NCBI RefSeq assembly: GCF_004919095.1
Contig: NZ_STGJ01000017.1
Coordinates: 13,275-45,274, forward strand
DNA: 32,000 nucleotides
Source: Crenobacter intestini
GTDB lineage: Bacteria > Pseudomonadota > Gammaproteobacteria > Burkholderiales > Chromobacteriaceae
Reading direction: 5' to 3'
Positions 23,306-32,000 of the stretch are shown in pieces. A program made the translations under genes and the position numbers. The notes beneath the pieces were generated by a model. It was given only the letters and a program-made list of their open reading frames with translations, had not been told where the DNA came from and made no database searches. Every line of letters starts with the position of its first letter. Position 1 is the first letter of the stretch.

Positions 23306-24169
23306 ATGAGCCCCCTCATTCCCGCGCTACAACGCACCGACGCCCGTCTGCGCAAGGCAGCCTTCCTGCTTTCGTCCCGCTGGGAGGTACGCCGACGCGG
23401 CACGCCGGACGCGTGGCGCATCCTGTTCTCGCCCAAGCCGGGTTGGAAGGATGCGCTCAGGAAGGGTTTTGCCGGCAGTCCGCACACGCTCAGCTTCGCG
23501 CCGCTGGAGGGTCAGGCGCTCGCGGACGCGGACCTGGTCGTCCCGCTGGACATCGAACCGCTGCTCGGGCTCAGGCGGCAGTCGCAAGCGCTATGGGCAG
23601 ACAACCCGCTGCCGCTGCCCAGCGCCGAAAGCGTCTTGCTGTGCGACGACAAGCAGCACTTCTACCGCCACCTGGAGCAGGCGGGGTTTACCCACGCAAT
23701 GCCGCGCATCGCCGAGGCAGGCGTGCTTGCGCTGCCCTTCATCGTCAAGCGGCGGCACGACGTGATGGGCCAGCACTGCCACGTGGTGCGCGATGAAGCG
23801 GACTTGCGCCGCTACGCCCCGCTCTTCGCCGACCCGGATTACTTCTGCCAGGCGCTGGTGCGCGGGGAAGAGGAGTTCGCGACCCACCTGCTGTTTCGCG
23901 GCGGCCGCGTCGAGCACGCGCTGAACATCCGCTATCGCTTCGCCGACGACACCCCGGTCAAGGGCAAGACGCCCGCCAGTTGGGCGCCGGTCGCCGCGCG
24001 CCACCTCGCGCTGTTCGGCGACATGCTCTCCGCGCTCGGCTTCGAGGGCCTGTGCTGCGTGAATTACAAGGAAGAAGGCGGCGCGCCCAAAGTGTTCGAG
24101 ATCAATCCGCACTTTGGCGGCAGCCTCTGTCCCTACTTCTTCACCTTTGTCCGCCACCTGCAAGGCTGA
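23306..24169 (+). CDS. ATP-grasp fold ligase, substrate unknown
   Basis: AGGAG lies 10 nt upstream. CDDKQHFYRHLEQAGF, PFIVKRRHDVMGQHCHVV and CCVNYKEEGGAPKVFEINPHFGGS resemble ATP-grasp B-loop and Mg-binding E.NPR segments. No partner genes are present. Confidence 0.72.
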   Translation: MSPLIPALQRTDARLRKAAFLLSSRWEVRRRGTPDAWRILFSPKPGWKDALRKGFAGSPHTLSFAPLEGQALADADLVVPLDIEPLLGLRRQSQALWADNPLPLPSAESVLLCDDKQHFYRHLEQAGFTHAMPRIAEAGVLALPFIVKRRHDVMGQHCHVVRDEADLRRYAPLFADPDYFCQALVRGEEEFATHLLFRGGRVEHALNIRYRFADDTPVKGKTPASWAPVAARHLALFGDMLSALGFEGLCCVNYKEEGGAPKVFEINPHFGGSLCPYFFTFVRHLQG

Positions 24170-24185
24170 GCAAGCACAAAGAAAA

Positions 24186-24210
24186 CAGGGCAGGCCAACG
24201 GCCTGCCCTG
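24186..24210. terminator. hairpin between convergent ATP-grasp and MCP genes
   Basis: cagggcaggcc-aac-ggcctgccctg is an 11-bp perfect stem. A4 lies upstream, and the T-run downstream is weak. Confidence 0.55.
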
Positions 24211-24229
24211 TGTGCGGCTGAACCGGGGC

Positions 24230-25876
24230 TTACAGCTCGAAACGGCTGACCGACGAGCGCAAGGACTGGGTGAGCCGGTTGAGCGCCTCGGTCGCTTCGG
24301 CCGTCTGATGAGCTTCGACAGCGCTGGCGCCCGCTCCCTGCGAAATCTGCTCGACATGGCGGGCGATCTCCTTGCTTGCCTCACTCTGCTCGCCCAGCGC
24401 GTGCGAGATATCCCCGATCACACCGACCACCCCCGCCGTGCTCTGGCGGATGCGCTCGACCGCCTCACCCCCCTCGGCGGCCAGCGTGACGCCGTTACCG
24501 GCGCGGGAGACCGCCTGCTCGATGGTCGAGCGCGACGCGTCTGAAGCCACATGGATCGCACCCAGCATCGAGGCGATCTGCTGGGTCGACGCGGTGGTGC
24601 GCTCGGCAAGTTTCCGCACTTCGTCGGCGACCACCGCGAAGCCGCGGCCCTGCTCGCCGGCGCGCGCCGCCTCGATCGCCGCGTTGAGCGCCAGCAGGTT
24701 GGTCTGGTCGGCGACGTCGCGGATCACCTCCATGATCGAGCGGATCGACTCGGTCTTGTCGACCAGCTCGCCGATGGTCGTACTCGCCGCCGACACCTCC
24801 TGGCTGATCATTTCCATTTCGCCGACCGCACGGTTGATCACCTCGCCGCTCTGGCGCGATTCGTCGCCGGCCTGCTGCGAGCGTTCGCGTGCCTGCTGCG
24901 CGCTGTCGGCGATATGGTGGATGCTGGTGGTCAGCTGTTCGATCGCCGCCGCCATTGCCGAAGCGGCCTGGCTTTGCTGTTCGGACTGCTGTGCATTGTG
25001 CTCGGCGGAGGATTCGATAGAAACGGACATCGCCGAGAGCCTGTCGGCACTCGTCGTGATCTCTCCGATCAGCTCGCGCAGCGCGCCCTGCATCTGCGCG
25101 ATCGACGCGAGCAGGCTGTCCTTGTCGCCTGCGGCCAGCTGGACCGGCTCGTTCAGGCGGCCGGCGGCGATCTTGCGCACCACCTCGATCGCGTACGCGG
25201 GCTCGCCGCCCAGGCCGCGGATCAGGTTGCGCACGATCAGCGTGCTGACCACCAGCAACAGCACCGAGAGCACGCCGACCACGCCCAGCAGCAGCGCGGA
25301 CTGCCGCCAGAACGCCGCGTCGATATCGTCCACATAAATGCCGGTGCCGACATGCCAACCCCACTGGCTAGAGGCCCCACCCAGCCAGACCACCTTGCCG
25401 ACAGGATCCTCCTGATCCGGCTTGTTCCACCGGTACTCGGCGAGCCCGCCACCCTGGGTCGCCGCGGTCCTGAACAACTGGCCAAGATTCTGACCATCCA
25501 CGTCCTTGATGCCGTCCATCGACTTGCCGAGCAGCCTGGGGTTGACCCCGTGCGCGACGGTCACCATGTTCCCGTCAAGGATGAAGAAATATTCGTCTTG
25601 GTCGAAACGCTGCGCAGTAATCGCCGCCAGCGCAAGACGCTGCGCGTCAGGCTGCGCCAACTTGCCCTCACGCGCCTGCGCCTCGTAATACCCGATCATG
25701 GACGCACTGGATTCGACCAGCGCGCGGACTTTGTCGATCCGGTCTTCGAGCATCACCTTACGCTGCCCGACCAAGGCAAGCGCACTTAACACAAGCAGGC
25801 CGGCGACCGCCAGCGCGATCAGGGCGTACAGCTTGCCGCGCATCGACAGCGCAGCCCGGTGATTTTCTTTTGCCAT
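24230..25876 (-). CDS. methyl-accepting chemotaxis protein with periplasmic single-Cache (sCache_2-like) sensor
   Basis: The ATG at 25876 follows a GGGGA SD. TM1 is followed by [15 protein letters not shown]...YRWNKP....KVVWLGG...[13 protein letters not shown] (Cache pattern), TM2, HAMP and the signalling tip [39 protein letters not shown]. Confidence 0.9.
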   Translation of the reverse strand: MAKENHRAALSMRGKLYALIALAVAGLLVLSALALVGQRKVMLEDRIDKVRALVESSASMIGYYEAQAREGKLAQPDAQRLALAAITAQRFDQDEYFFILDGNMVTVAHGVNPRLLGKSMDGIKDVDGQNLGQLFRTAATQGGGLAEYRWNKPDQEDPVGKVVWLGGASSQWGWHVGTGIYVDDIDAAFWRQSALLLGVVGVLSVLLLVVSTLIVRNLIRGLGGEPAYAIEVVRKIAAGRLNEPVQLAAGDKDSLLASIAQMQGALRELIGEITTSADRLSAMSVSIESSAEHNAQQSEQQSQAASAMAAAIEQLTTSIHHIADSAQQARERSQQAGDESRQSGEVINRAVGEMEMISQEVSAASTTIGELVDKTESIRSIMEVIRDVADQTNLLALNAAIEAARAGEQGRGFAVVADEVRKLAERTTASTQQIASMLGAIHVASDASRSTIEQAVSRAGNGVTLAAEGGEAVERIRQSTAGVVGVIGDISHALGEQSEASKEIARHVEQISQGAGASAVEAHQTAEATEALNRLTQSLRSSVSRFEL

Positions 25877-26031
25877 AGCAATCCCCACTAGCTATTCAAA
25901 CAACTCAGAACTCTTAAAGATATTCGCACGCCATTAATGCCAAACAACTATACTACACAAAAACACTATGAATAATATGGGTATGCCCAGAGTGGGCGAC
26001 CAAGCATCACGGCTGATCGAATAAGAGCACA

Positions 26032-26445
26032 ATGTTTTCGCCAAACTCAGCAAAAGCCACATGCAGTGGCTGCCACATCACGCAGCAGACACTGCCGACG
26101 CTGCGCGAGCTCTACCAAGCCTCCGACGGGGACCTGACGATGATGCTGGTGCTGCTCGAAGTCTGGTCACACACACATTGCCACTGCAAGCAGGGCGACA
26201 TGCCCCGAGCGACCAACGGCCATTCGATCGCGCTGGTCACCGGCATCCCGCGCGAGACCGTGCGCCGCAAGCTCGTCAAACTCACCGCGCTAGGCTGGCT
26301 CACCGAAAACGCGCACGGCCAGCTGCTGCCGGCACCGCATCTGGGCGAACAATTGCACCCCTTGCGCTCGCATTGCCTCGCGCTGTTGGCTCGCGATAAA
26401 AAAGCCCTGCACGCTGAAGCGGCAGGGCTGTCGATGGCGCCTTGA
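26032..26445 (+). CDS. hypothetical small winged-helix (HTH) protein
   Basis: The 137-aa ORF has an HTH-like segment SIALVTGIPRETVRRKLVKLTALGWL. No SD was seen. Its last ~15 codons run through the pepT terminator hairpin. Confidence 0.45.
   Translation: MFSPNSAKATCSGCHITQQTLPTLRELYQASDGDLTMMLVLLEVWSHTHCHCKQGDMPRATNGHSIALVTGIPRETVRRKLVKLTALGWLTENAHGQLLPAPHLGEQLHPLRSHCLALLARDKKALHAEAAGLSMAP
26396..26429 (-). terminator. intrinsic terminator of pepT
   Basis: The minus strand reads agccctgc-(11 nt)-gcagggct followed by TTTTTAT, ~20 nt after the pepT stop. Confidence 0.6.
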
Positions 26446-26448
26446 GCG

Positions 26449-27663
26449 TCAGCCGCGCGCGGCCAGCTCGACGATGCGTTTCGTCAGCGCGTACGATTTT
26501 TCCAGCGCCCCCAGCGGCAGGAACTCGTAGATCGAGTGAAAGTTGTGCGCGCCGGTGAAGTAGTTCGGCGTGCACACCCCGCGCGGCGACAAGGCCGAGC
26601 CGTCGGTGCCGCCGCGCATCGGGATCACCTTGGGCGCGATGCCCAGTTCTGCCATCCCCTCGAAGATCAGGTCGATCGCGCGGCGGTCTTCACCCAGCGA
26701 CTGCGCGATGTTCGCGTACACATCCTCCACCCGGAACTCGACCCTCGCCTTCGGGTGGCGCGCCGCCACCAGCGCGACCGCGTCGCCGATGAAGCGCTTG
26801 CGCGCCTCGAACGAGGTAAGGTCGAAGTCGCGGATCGCCATCTTCAGCGTCGCCTGGTTCGGGTTCGCCTGCAGGTCGGTGAACCAGAAGTAGCCGTCGC
26901 GACCGGCGGTGTGCTCGGGAGTGTCGGTGCGGTCGAAGTGCGCCATCAGGTCGGTCAGCACGCGGATCGGGTTGACCAGCACGCCCTTGGCCGACATCGG
27001 GTGCGCAGTCACGCCGGTCACCTTCACCTCGACGGACGCCGCGTTGAAGGTCTCGTACACCACCTCGCCCGTCTCGCAGCAGTCGATGGTGTACGCGAAG
27101 TCGACGTCGAAGCGCGTGAGGTCCAGCAGCTTGGAGCCCTTGAGGCCGATCTCCTCGTCCGGCACGAAGGCGACCACGAGGTCGCCGTGCGCGGCGGGCA
27201 GGTCGGACAGCAGCGTCATCACCACGGCGATCGCCGCCTTGTTGTCGGCGCCCAGCACGCTGGTGCCGTCGGTCACCACGATCTCCTCGCCGCGGTAAGG
27301 CAGGATCTCCGGGTGCTCGGCGACGCGCAGCCAGATGTCCTGGCGCGGGTTCAGGCAGATGTCCGTGCCGTCGAACGCCACCACCTGCGGCAAGATTTCG
27401 GGCGAGATGCCGACGTCGACGGTATCGAGGTGCGCGACAAAGCCGATGCGCGGCGCGCCGGGCAGGTTGCCGGTTTTTTTGGCGGTGAGGATGCCGTGCC
27501 CGTCGACATGCACGTCCGAGAGGCCCAGCGCTTCGAGCTCGGCCGCGAGCACGCGCGCGAGTTCAAGCTGGCCGGGGGTGGACGGGACCGAAGCGGCGGA
27601 CGCGTCGCTCTGGCTGGGGATGGCGACGTAGCGCAGGAAGCGCTCGAGCAGTTGTTGTTTCAT
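26449..27663 (-). CDS. pepT: peptidase T (tripeptide aminopeptidase, M20B)
   Basis: The ATG at 27663 follows an AAGGA SD. MKQQLLERFLRYVAIPSQSD parallels E. coli MDKLLERFLNYVSLDTQS. GFVAHLDTV, GADNKAAIA, PDEEIG and RGGTDG are M20 motifs. Confidence 0.92.
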   Translation of the reverse strand: MKQQLLERFLRYVAIPSQSDASAASVPSTPGQLELARVLAAELEALGLSDVHVDGHGILTAKKTGNLPGAPRIGFVAHLDTVDVGISPEILPQVVAFDGTDICLNPRQDIWLRVAEHPEILPYRGEEIVVTDGTSVLGADNKAAIAVVMTLLSDLPAAHGDLVVAFVPDEEIGLKGSKLLDLTRFDVDFAYTIDCCETGEVVYETFNAASVEVKVTGVTAHPMSAKGVLVNPIRVLTDLMAHFDRTDTPEHTAGRDGYFWFTDLQANPNQATLKMAIRDFDLTSFEARKRFIGDAVALVAARHPKARVEFRVEDVYANIAQSLGEDRRAIDLIFEGMAELGIAPKVIPMRGGTDGSALSPRGVCTPNYFTGAHNFHSIYEFLPLGALEKSYALTKRIVELAARG

Positions 27664-27740
27664 CGGGAATCCTTGCAAGGCAAGACTTGCGATGGGTCAG
27701 GCCCACGGCCGTCACCCATCACATACAGTCAGGGGGTGAC

Positions 27741-29306
27741 TTAGCGCACCGGCGGGTAGACGTAGCCGCTGTCAAAGCCCAGCGGAATGCCCAGCCCCCA
27801 GAACAGGTAGAGCGTCGCGGTCAGCACCACCAGCAGGCCGACGGTGTACGGCAGCATCATCGAGCACAGCGTGCCGACGCCCGAATCTTTGCAGTACTGG
27901 CGGCAGTACATCAGGATCAGCGGGTAGAACGCGAACATCGGCGTCGAAACGTTGACCGCCGAATCCGAGATGCGGAACGCCGCCTGGGTGAGCTCCGGCG
28001 AGATGCCCACCGCCATCAGCATCGGCACGAATACCGGCGCCAGGATCGCCCACTTGGACGACGCCGAGGTGATGATCAGGTTCAGGCAGGCGGTCAGCAT
28101 GATGATGCCGAACACGGTGAAGCCCGCCGGCATCGCCAGCTCCTTCAGGAAGTCGGCGCCGGAGATCGCGATCAGCGTGCCGATGTTCGAGCGGCCGAAC
28201 GAGTACAGGAACTGGGCGCAGAAGAAGCCGAACACCATGAACGAGATCAGCGAGCGGGTGATGTTCTCCATCGACGCGGTCACGTCCTTCGAGCTCTTGA
28301 ACTTCTTCACCGCGAAGCCGTACACCAGGCCGGGGATCGCGAAGAACAGGAACAGCAGCGGCACGATCGCCTGCATCACCGGCGCCTTCGGGCTGGTCAG
28401 GCTGCCGTCCGGCGCACGCCACAGCGAACCCTCCGGCGCAAGCAAGAGCGCGAGGCCCGCGATCAGCGCGAGCATGGTCAGGCCGGCGTAGCGGAACGCG
28501 CGGTTCTCTTCCGGCGTGATGTGGCGCAGGTCCTCGTCCTTGCCGGTATCGAGCTCCTTGTTCAGCGGCATCGACGCCTTGAGCCGGGGCTCGACGATGC
28601 GGTCGGTGATGAACCAGCACACCGCGATCACGCCGAAGGTACCGCCCAGGCTGACGAAATAGTTGCACAGCACGTTGACGTCGTAGGCCGGGTCGATGAT
28701 GCGCGCCGCGCCCTGCGTGAAGCCCTGCATGATCGGGTCGATCGTCGAGGGGGTGTAGCTCGCGGTGAAGCCACCGGCGAGACCGGCGAACGACGCGGCG
28801 ATGCCGGCCAAGGGGTGGCGGCCGCAGGCGTAGAACATCATCGCGGAAACCGGCATCAGCACCACGTACGCCGAGTCGGACGCCATGTGGCTGACCACGC
28901 CGACGAACACCACGGCCGGGGTCAGGATCTTCTGCGGGGTGATGTTGAGCAGCTTTTTGAGCAGCACCTGGATGAAGCCGCTGCCCTCGGCGATGCCGAT
29001 GCCCAGCGTGGCGACGATGGTGATGCCCAAAGGCGGGAAGCTGATGAAGTTCTTCACCATCAGCGTGACGAAGGTGGTCAGCTCGTCGGGCGAGAGCATG
29101 TTGACGACCTGGATCACGTCGCCGGTCAGCGGGTGGCGGTAGTCGAAGCTGACGAAAGACAGCGCCCACGACAGGCCCCAGCACACGAACAGCGCGTACA
29201 GGAACAGCATCGTGATGTCGGGCAGCTTGTTGCCGACCCGTTCGATCGCATTGAGAAAGCCGCCCGCACGGGACGGCGGCGGCAGGGAGTCGCCGATGGC
29301 AGCCAT
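27741..29306 (-). CDS. AbgT family (p-aminobenzoyl-glutamate/MtrF-type) transporter
   Basis: The ATG at 29306 follows a GAGGAG SD. The protein is 521 aa and polytopic. FLNAIERVGNKLPDITMLF...NMLSPDELT....MVKNF..FPPLG is the AbgT N-terminal pattern. Confidence 0.9.
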   Translation of the reverse strand: MAAIGDSLPPPSRAGGFLNAIERVGNKLPDITMLFLYALFVCWGLSWALSFVSFDYRHPLTGDVIQVVNMLSPDELTTFVTLMVKNFISFPPLGITIVATLGIGIAEGSGFIQVLLKKLLNITPQKILTPAVVFVGVVSHMASDSAYVVLMPVSAMMFYACGRHPLAGIAASFAGLAGGFTASYTPSTIDPIMQGFTQGAARIIDPAYDVNVLCNYFVSLGGTFGVIAVCWFITDRIVEPRLKASMPLNKELDTGKDEDLRHITPEENRAFRYAGLTMLALIAGLALLLAPEGSLWRAPDGSLTSPKAPVMQAIVPLLFLFFAIPGLVYGFAVKKFKSSKDVTASMENITRSLISFMVFGFFCAQFLYSFGRSNIGTLIAISGADFLKELAMPAGFTVFGIIMLTACLNLIITSASSKWAILAPVFVPMLMAVGISPELTQAAFRISDSAVNVSTPMFAFYPLILMYCRQYCKDSGVGTLCSMMLPYTVGLLVVLTATLYLFWGLGIPLGFDSGYVYPPVR

Positions 29307-29447
29307 TGTTGTTCTCCTCGGATTCTGGCTGTCCGGGTCGGCCTGCGGTGGTCCGCCCAGACATGAACGGATCACTATATAAGAACTAACTACTTGCTAT
29401 TTTTGATACAGGTCAAGCCAAGGCAGATCCTGCTGCCACGCGCGCGC

Positions 29448-30335
29448 CTATACGCCTAGCGCGTCGGCCGGCTCGACCCGCCCCGCCACCGCCTCGCGCA
29501 GTTCGGCGAAGACGCGGACAAACGGCGCGGCCTGCCCCGCCCAGTGGCCGTGCCTGAGCAGGCAGTCGATCGCGACCAGTGCCGCGTCGATCATGAAACG
29601 CCCGTCCAGCAGCAAGGCCTCGACCTCGGCGAACGGCAGCAGCACGTGCTCGGAAAATTCGCCGTCCTGGTTGCAGGGAGTGATGCCCTCGGGCAGCCAC
29701 AAGTCGTGCACGTACAGCCACTCGCGGTGCAGGCCGCGCGCGACCGGCCGCTCGGCCAATAACCGGCACACCGGTTCGAGCGCCGACAGCCGGGCGGCGT
29801 CGATCCCCGCCTCCTCCCAGCCCTCGCGCAGGCAGGCGTCGCGCAGGGTCTCGCCGGCAGCCACCCCGCCGCCGACCAGGTTGTCCATGCGGTTGGGCTC
29901 GTACGACTTCTCCGGGCTTCTCCGGCCGACCCACATGCGGATCTCGCCATCCGCCAGGCGGGTGAGCCCGTTGATGTGGATCGCCCGGCTGGTCAGCCCC
30001 AGCGGACGGAACGCCGCGCGCTCGAGCTCGAACAGCAGCTCGCCCTTCTCGCCGTGCGCGGCAAATTGTTCGTTCCGCCAGCCGGTCAGCCAGCCCGCGT
30101 CGCGCCAGCCTGCGGCCGCCGCGCCCAGTTGCCGGCTGCGCGCGGCGGCGTCGCCCTCAAGCGCGCACACCAGCTTGTCGCCGTGGCCGGCAAACAGCCC
30201 GGACGGGCAGGCGAGCAGGCGTTCGCGCCATTCGCGGTTGACCGAACCCAGCGTCTGCTCACACACGACAAGCGGGGAAAAATCGGACAGGTCGTGGCGC
30301 GCGATGCGCTCAAGGTAGGCGGCGGCAGGATGCAT
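29448..30335 (-). CDS. NUDIX hydrolase with N-terminal DUF4743-like domain
   Basis: The Nudix box is GGGVAAGETLRDACLREGWEEAGI (GX5EX7REUXEEXGU). The start at ATG 30335 avoids overlapping the upstream gene; the track start is 30398. Confidence 0.8.
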   Translation of the reverse strand: MHPAAAYLERIARHDLSDFSPLVVCEQTLGSVNREWRERLLACPSGLFAGHGDKLVCALEGDAAARSRQLGAAAAGWRDAGWLTGWRNEQFAAHGEKGELLFELERAAFRPLGLTSRAIHINGLTRLADGEIRMWVGRRSPEKSYEPNRMDNLVGGGVAAGETLRDACLREGWEEAGIDAARLSALEPVCRLLAERPVARGLHREWLYVHDLWLPEGITPCNQDGEFSEHVLLPFAEVEALLLDGRFMIDAALVAIDCLLRHGHWAGQAAPFVRVFAELREAVAGRVEPADALGV

Positions 30336-30385
30336 GGCGGCGGCTCGGCAGTCAGAAGCGCACAAGTTTATCCATTTTTCATTTT

Positions 30386-31576
30386 TTAGGCTTGCCATGA
30401 ATCAATTTTGGCTAACCTGGCGAGCCGTCCGGGCAGGTCAGCCTGTTCGCCCAGCTTCAGCAACAGGGCCAGCACCTCGGCGCTGGCACGCTCCATCTCT
30501 GCGAGCGCCGGCGCGACTGCTTCGTCTTCCGCGCCGGCGAACGCGGCAAGCGCCTGGCGGCCCGCCGCGTGTACCCGCTCGTGCGGCGCAGAAACCGCCC
30601 GGTACGCGGGCAGCGCGCTGAAGTAGTCGCGCCCGCGACCGCTCTCGTACCAGCGGCCGAGGCGGCAGCCGTGGTGGTCGGGCAGCGCCCCGGGCGACGC
30701 TTCGGCCCGCCCCCCGCACAGCAAGGCCTCGTAGATGCGCAGCTTGTAGACGAGGTGGTCGAAGCGGGTGACCTCGAGGAAGGAAACGTTGGCGGTATGG
30801 TCGATCGCGTCGCGCATCGCGTGGCACAACGTCAGCAGCGCGTCGAGGCGGGCGGCGCTTCGCGCGCCCTGCGCGCGCTGCGCCTCGGCCTCCCCTGCCG
30901 CGAGCGCGGCGCGTTCGCCGGTGTTACGCGAACGCTCGTCGATCGACTCGACGAGAAGGCCGATCTCGCCGGTGGCCTGGCTGGTGCGCTCGGCAAGCTT
31001 CCTCACCTCGTCGGCGACCACCGCGAAGCCGCGGCCGGCCTCGCCGGCGCGCGCCGCCTCGATCGCCGCGTTCAGCGCCAGCAGATTGGTCTGGTCGGCG
31101 ACTTCGCGGATCAGCGCGACGAAGCCGCCGATGCGGCCGGTCAGCTCGTCGAGTTGGCGGATGTCGGCGGCGACCGCCAGTTGGCGCTCGATCATCGCGT
31201 CGAAGCTGCCGATCAGGGTGCTCACTTCGGCGACACTGGCCTCGAGCGCCTCCAGGTGACCGCCGTTGCGCGTGCGCTCGGCGTCCAGTTCGTCGGCCAG
31301 TGCCGCGAGCGAGCGCTGCACGTCGAGCGCGGAGCCGGTGAACGCGCCGAACGCGTCCGCGTAGCGGCACTGGCCGGCCTGTTCGCGCAGACGCGCCCCG
31401 GCCGCTTCCAGCTCGGCAATGCGCGCGCGCGCCGAGGCGAGTTCCGCGTCCTGCGCGTCGCAACGCGCCTGCAGCACGCGCTGGTCTTCTTGCGCCTGGG
31501 CAAGCGCCCGCCTGGCCGAATTTCCGAACATATCCGAGCAATCCGCGTAAATTTGATAGCGAATTGTATCGAACAT
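30386..31576 (-). CDS. soluble MCP-signalling-domain protein with C-terminal CZB (chemoreceptor zinc-binding) domain
   Basis: No TM segment is present. The signalling tip is [39 protein letters not shown]. The CZB motif is DHLVY...(27 aa)...CRLGRW...(22 aa)...HERVH. Confidence 0.85.
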   Translation of the reverse strand: MFDTIRYQIYADCSDMFGNSARRALAQAQEDQRVLQARCDAQDAELASARARIAELEAAGARLREQAGQCRYADAFGAFTGSALDVQRSLAALADELDAERTRNGGHLEALEASVAEVSTLIGSFDAMIERQLAVAADIRQLDELTGRIGGFVALIREVADQTNLLALNAAIEAARAGEAGRGFAVVADEVRKLAERTSQATGEIGLLVESIDERSRNTGERAALAAGEAEAQRAQGARSAARLDALLTLCHAMRDAIDHTANVSFLEVTRFDHLVYKLRIYEALLCGGRAEASPGALPDHHGCRLGRWYESGRGRDYFSALPAYRAVSAPHERVHAAGRQALAAFAGAEDEAVAPALAEMERASAEVLALLLKLGEQADLPGRLARLAKIDSWQA

Positions 31577-31639
31577 ACGCGAAGCAGCTTATGACGACGG
31601 TCAAGCCCTGTCCGGACAGCGTGCCGCTACGGCAAAGGC

Positions 31640-32000
31640 TCAGGCGGTCAGGGACTCCATCTCGGCCTGCGCGCGCTTGTAGCCCTCGGGCTCGGCCTGC
31701 TGGCCCAGCCGGTGAAGCAGCTCCAGCACCTCGCGGCTGGCGGCCTCCATCGCCGAGAGCTGGCGTGCCAGTTCGTCAGGCTGGCGTGCCGCGAAGGCCC
31801 GCAGCGCCTGACGACCGGCTTCGTGCACGCGCGCATGCGGGCGCTCCAGCTCCCGGAAGGCCGGGAAGCGGGCAAATTCCTCGCGGCCGCGCCCCTGCTC
31901 GCACCACTGGCCAAGCCGGCACTGGTGGTGGTCGCTGAGCGCCTCGGGTTTGGCGTCACCCGGCTCGCCGGTCAGCACCGTCCGGTAGACCCCCAGCTTG
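31640..32000 (-). CDS. CZB-domain protein, C-terminal part (paralogue of 30386-31576; 5' end outside window)
   Basis: The frame is open to the window edge (KLGVYRTVLTGEP...). HHQCRLGQW...HARVH aligns with the neighbour's CZB domain. Confidence 0.75.
   Translation of the reverse strand, partial: KLGVYRTVLTGEPGDAKPEALSDHHQCRLGQWCEQGRGREEFARFPAFRELERPHARVHEAGRQALRAFAARQPDELARQLSAMEAASREVLELLHRLGQQAEPEGYKRAQAEMESLTA

Noticed and set aside
25877-26031. Search for a sigma28 (TAAA-N15-GCCGATAA) promoter upstream of the MCP gene
   Set aside because: Only weak partial matches were found (ttaag…gaatagc), which is not enough to support the call.
27687-29366. 559-aa (+) and 530-aa (-) ORFs coextensive with the AbgT transporter gene
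   Set aside because: These are shadow frames. Only the 27741-29306 frame gives a polytopic membrane protein with an SD.

Overview
High-GC (~65-70% outside accessory patches) proteobacterial chromosome segment. Protein N-termini and the gene order pth-rplY-prs-tRNA-Gln-ispE-lolB look betaproteobacterial (Neisseriales/Chromobacterium-like); this is inference only. Positions 1-10.6 kb are a housekeeping block: pth (start only), rplY, prs, tRNA-Gln, ispE, lolB, a TPR lipoprotein, mutM, a PlsC-like acyltransferase, apaH, rep and a membrane-anchored dihaem cytochrome c. At 10.7 kb an intact tRNA-Arg(CCG) is followed by a ~6.9 kb integrated element. It is bounded by a 56-bp direct repeat of the tRNA 3' half (10727-10782 / 17644-17699). 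The element carries a P4-type tyrosine integrase, AlpA, a split CHC2 zinc-finger + Toprim/AAA_25 primase-helicase, three unknown ORFs and a separately transcribed low-GC two-ORF cassette. Nothing recognisable for capsid, packaging, conjugation or known satellite hijacking is present. Right of the island lie a lemA-TPM-TPM operon, an orphan sulfate-binding protein, arsR-arsC-acr3, a divergent orphan ATP-grasp gene, an sCache chemoreceptor, a small wHTH ORF, a NUDIX-abgT-pepT cluster and two tandem soluble MCP/CZB paralogues (the last cut by the window edge). No rRNA, CRISPR array, IS/transposase or named defence system was seen. The most unusual material is the island: phased inverted repeats inside the primase gene (ori-like), arm-type repeats, a repeat-rich 500-bp non-coding gap with a possible antisense sRNA, and uncharacterised cargo. 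All homology calls come from motif recognition by eye, not from database searches. Start codons were refined from the ORF track using ATG/SD context; the track also opens ORFs at GTG/TTG.
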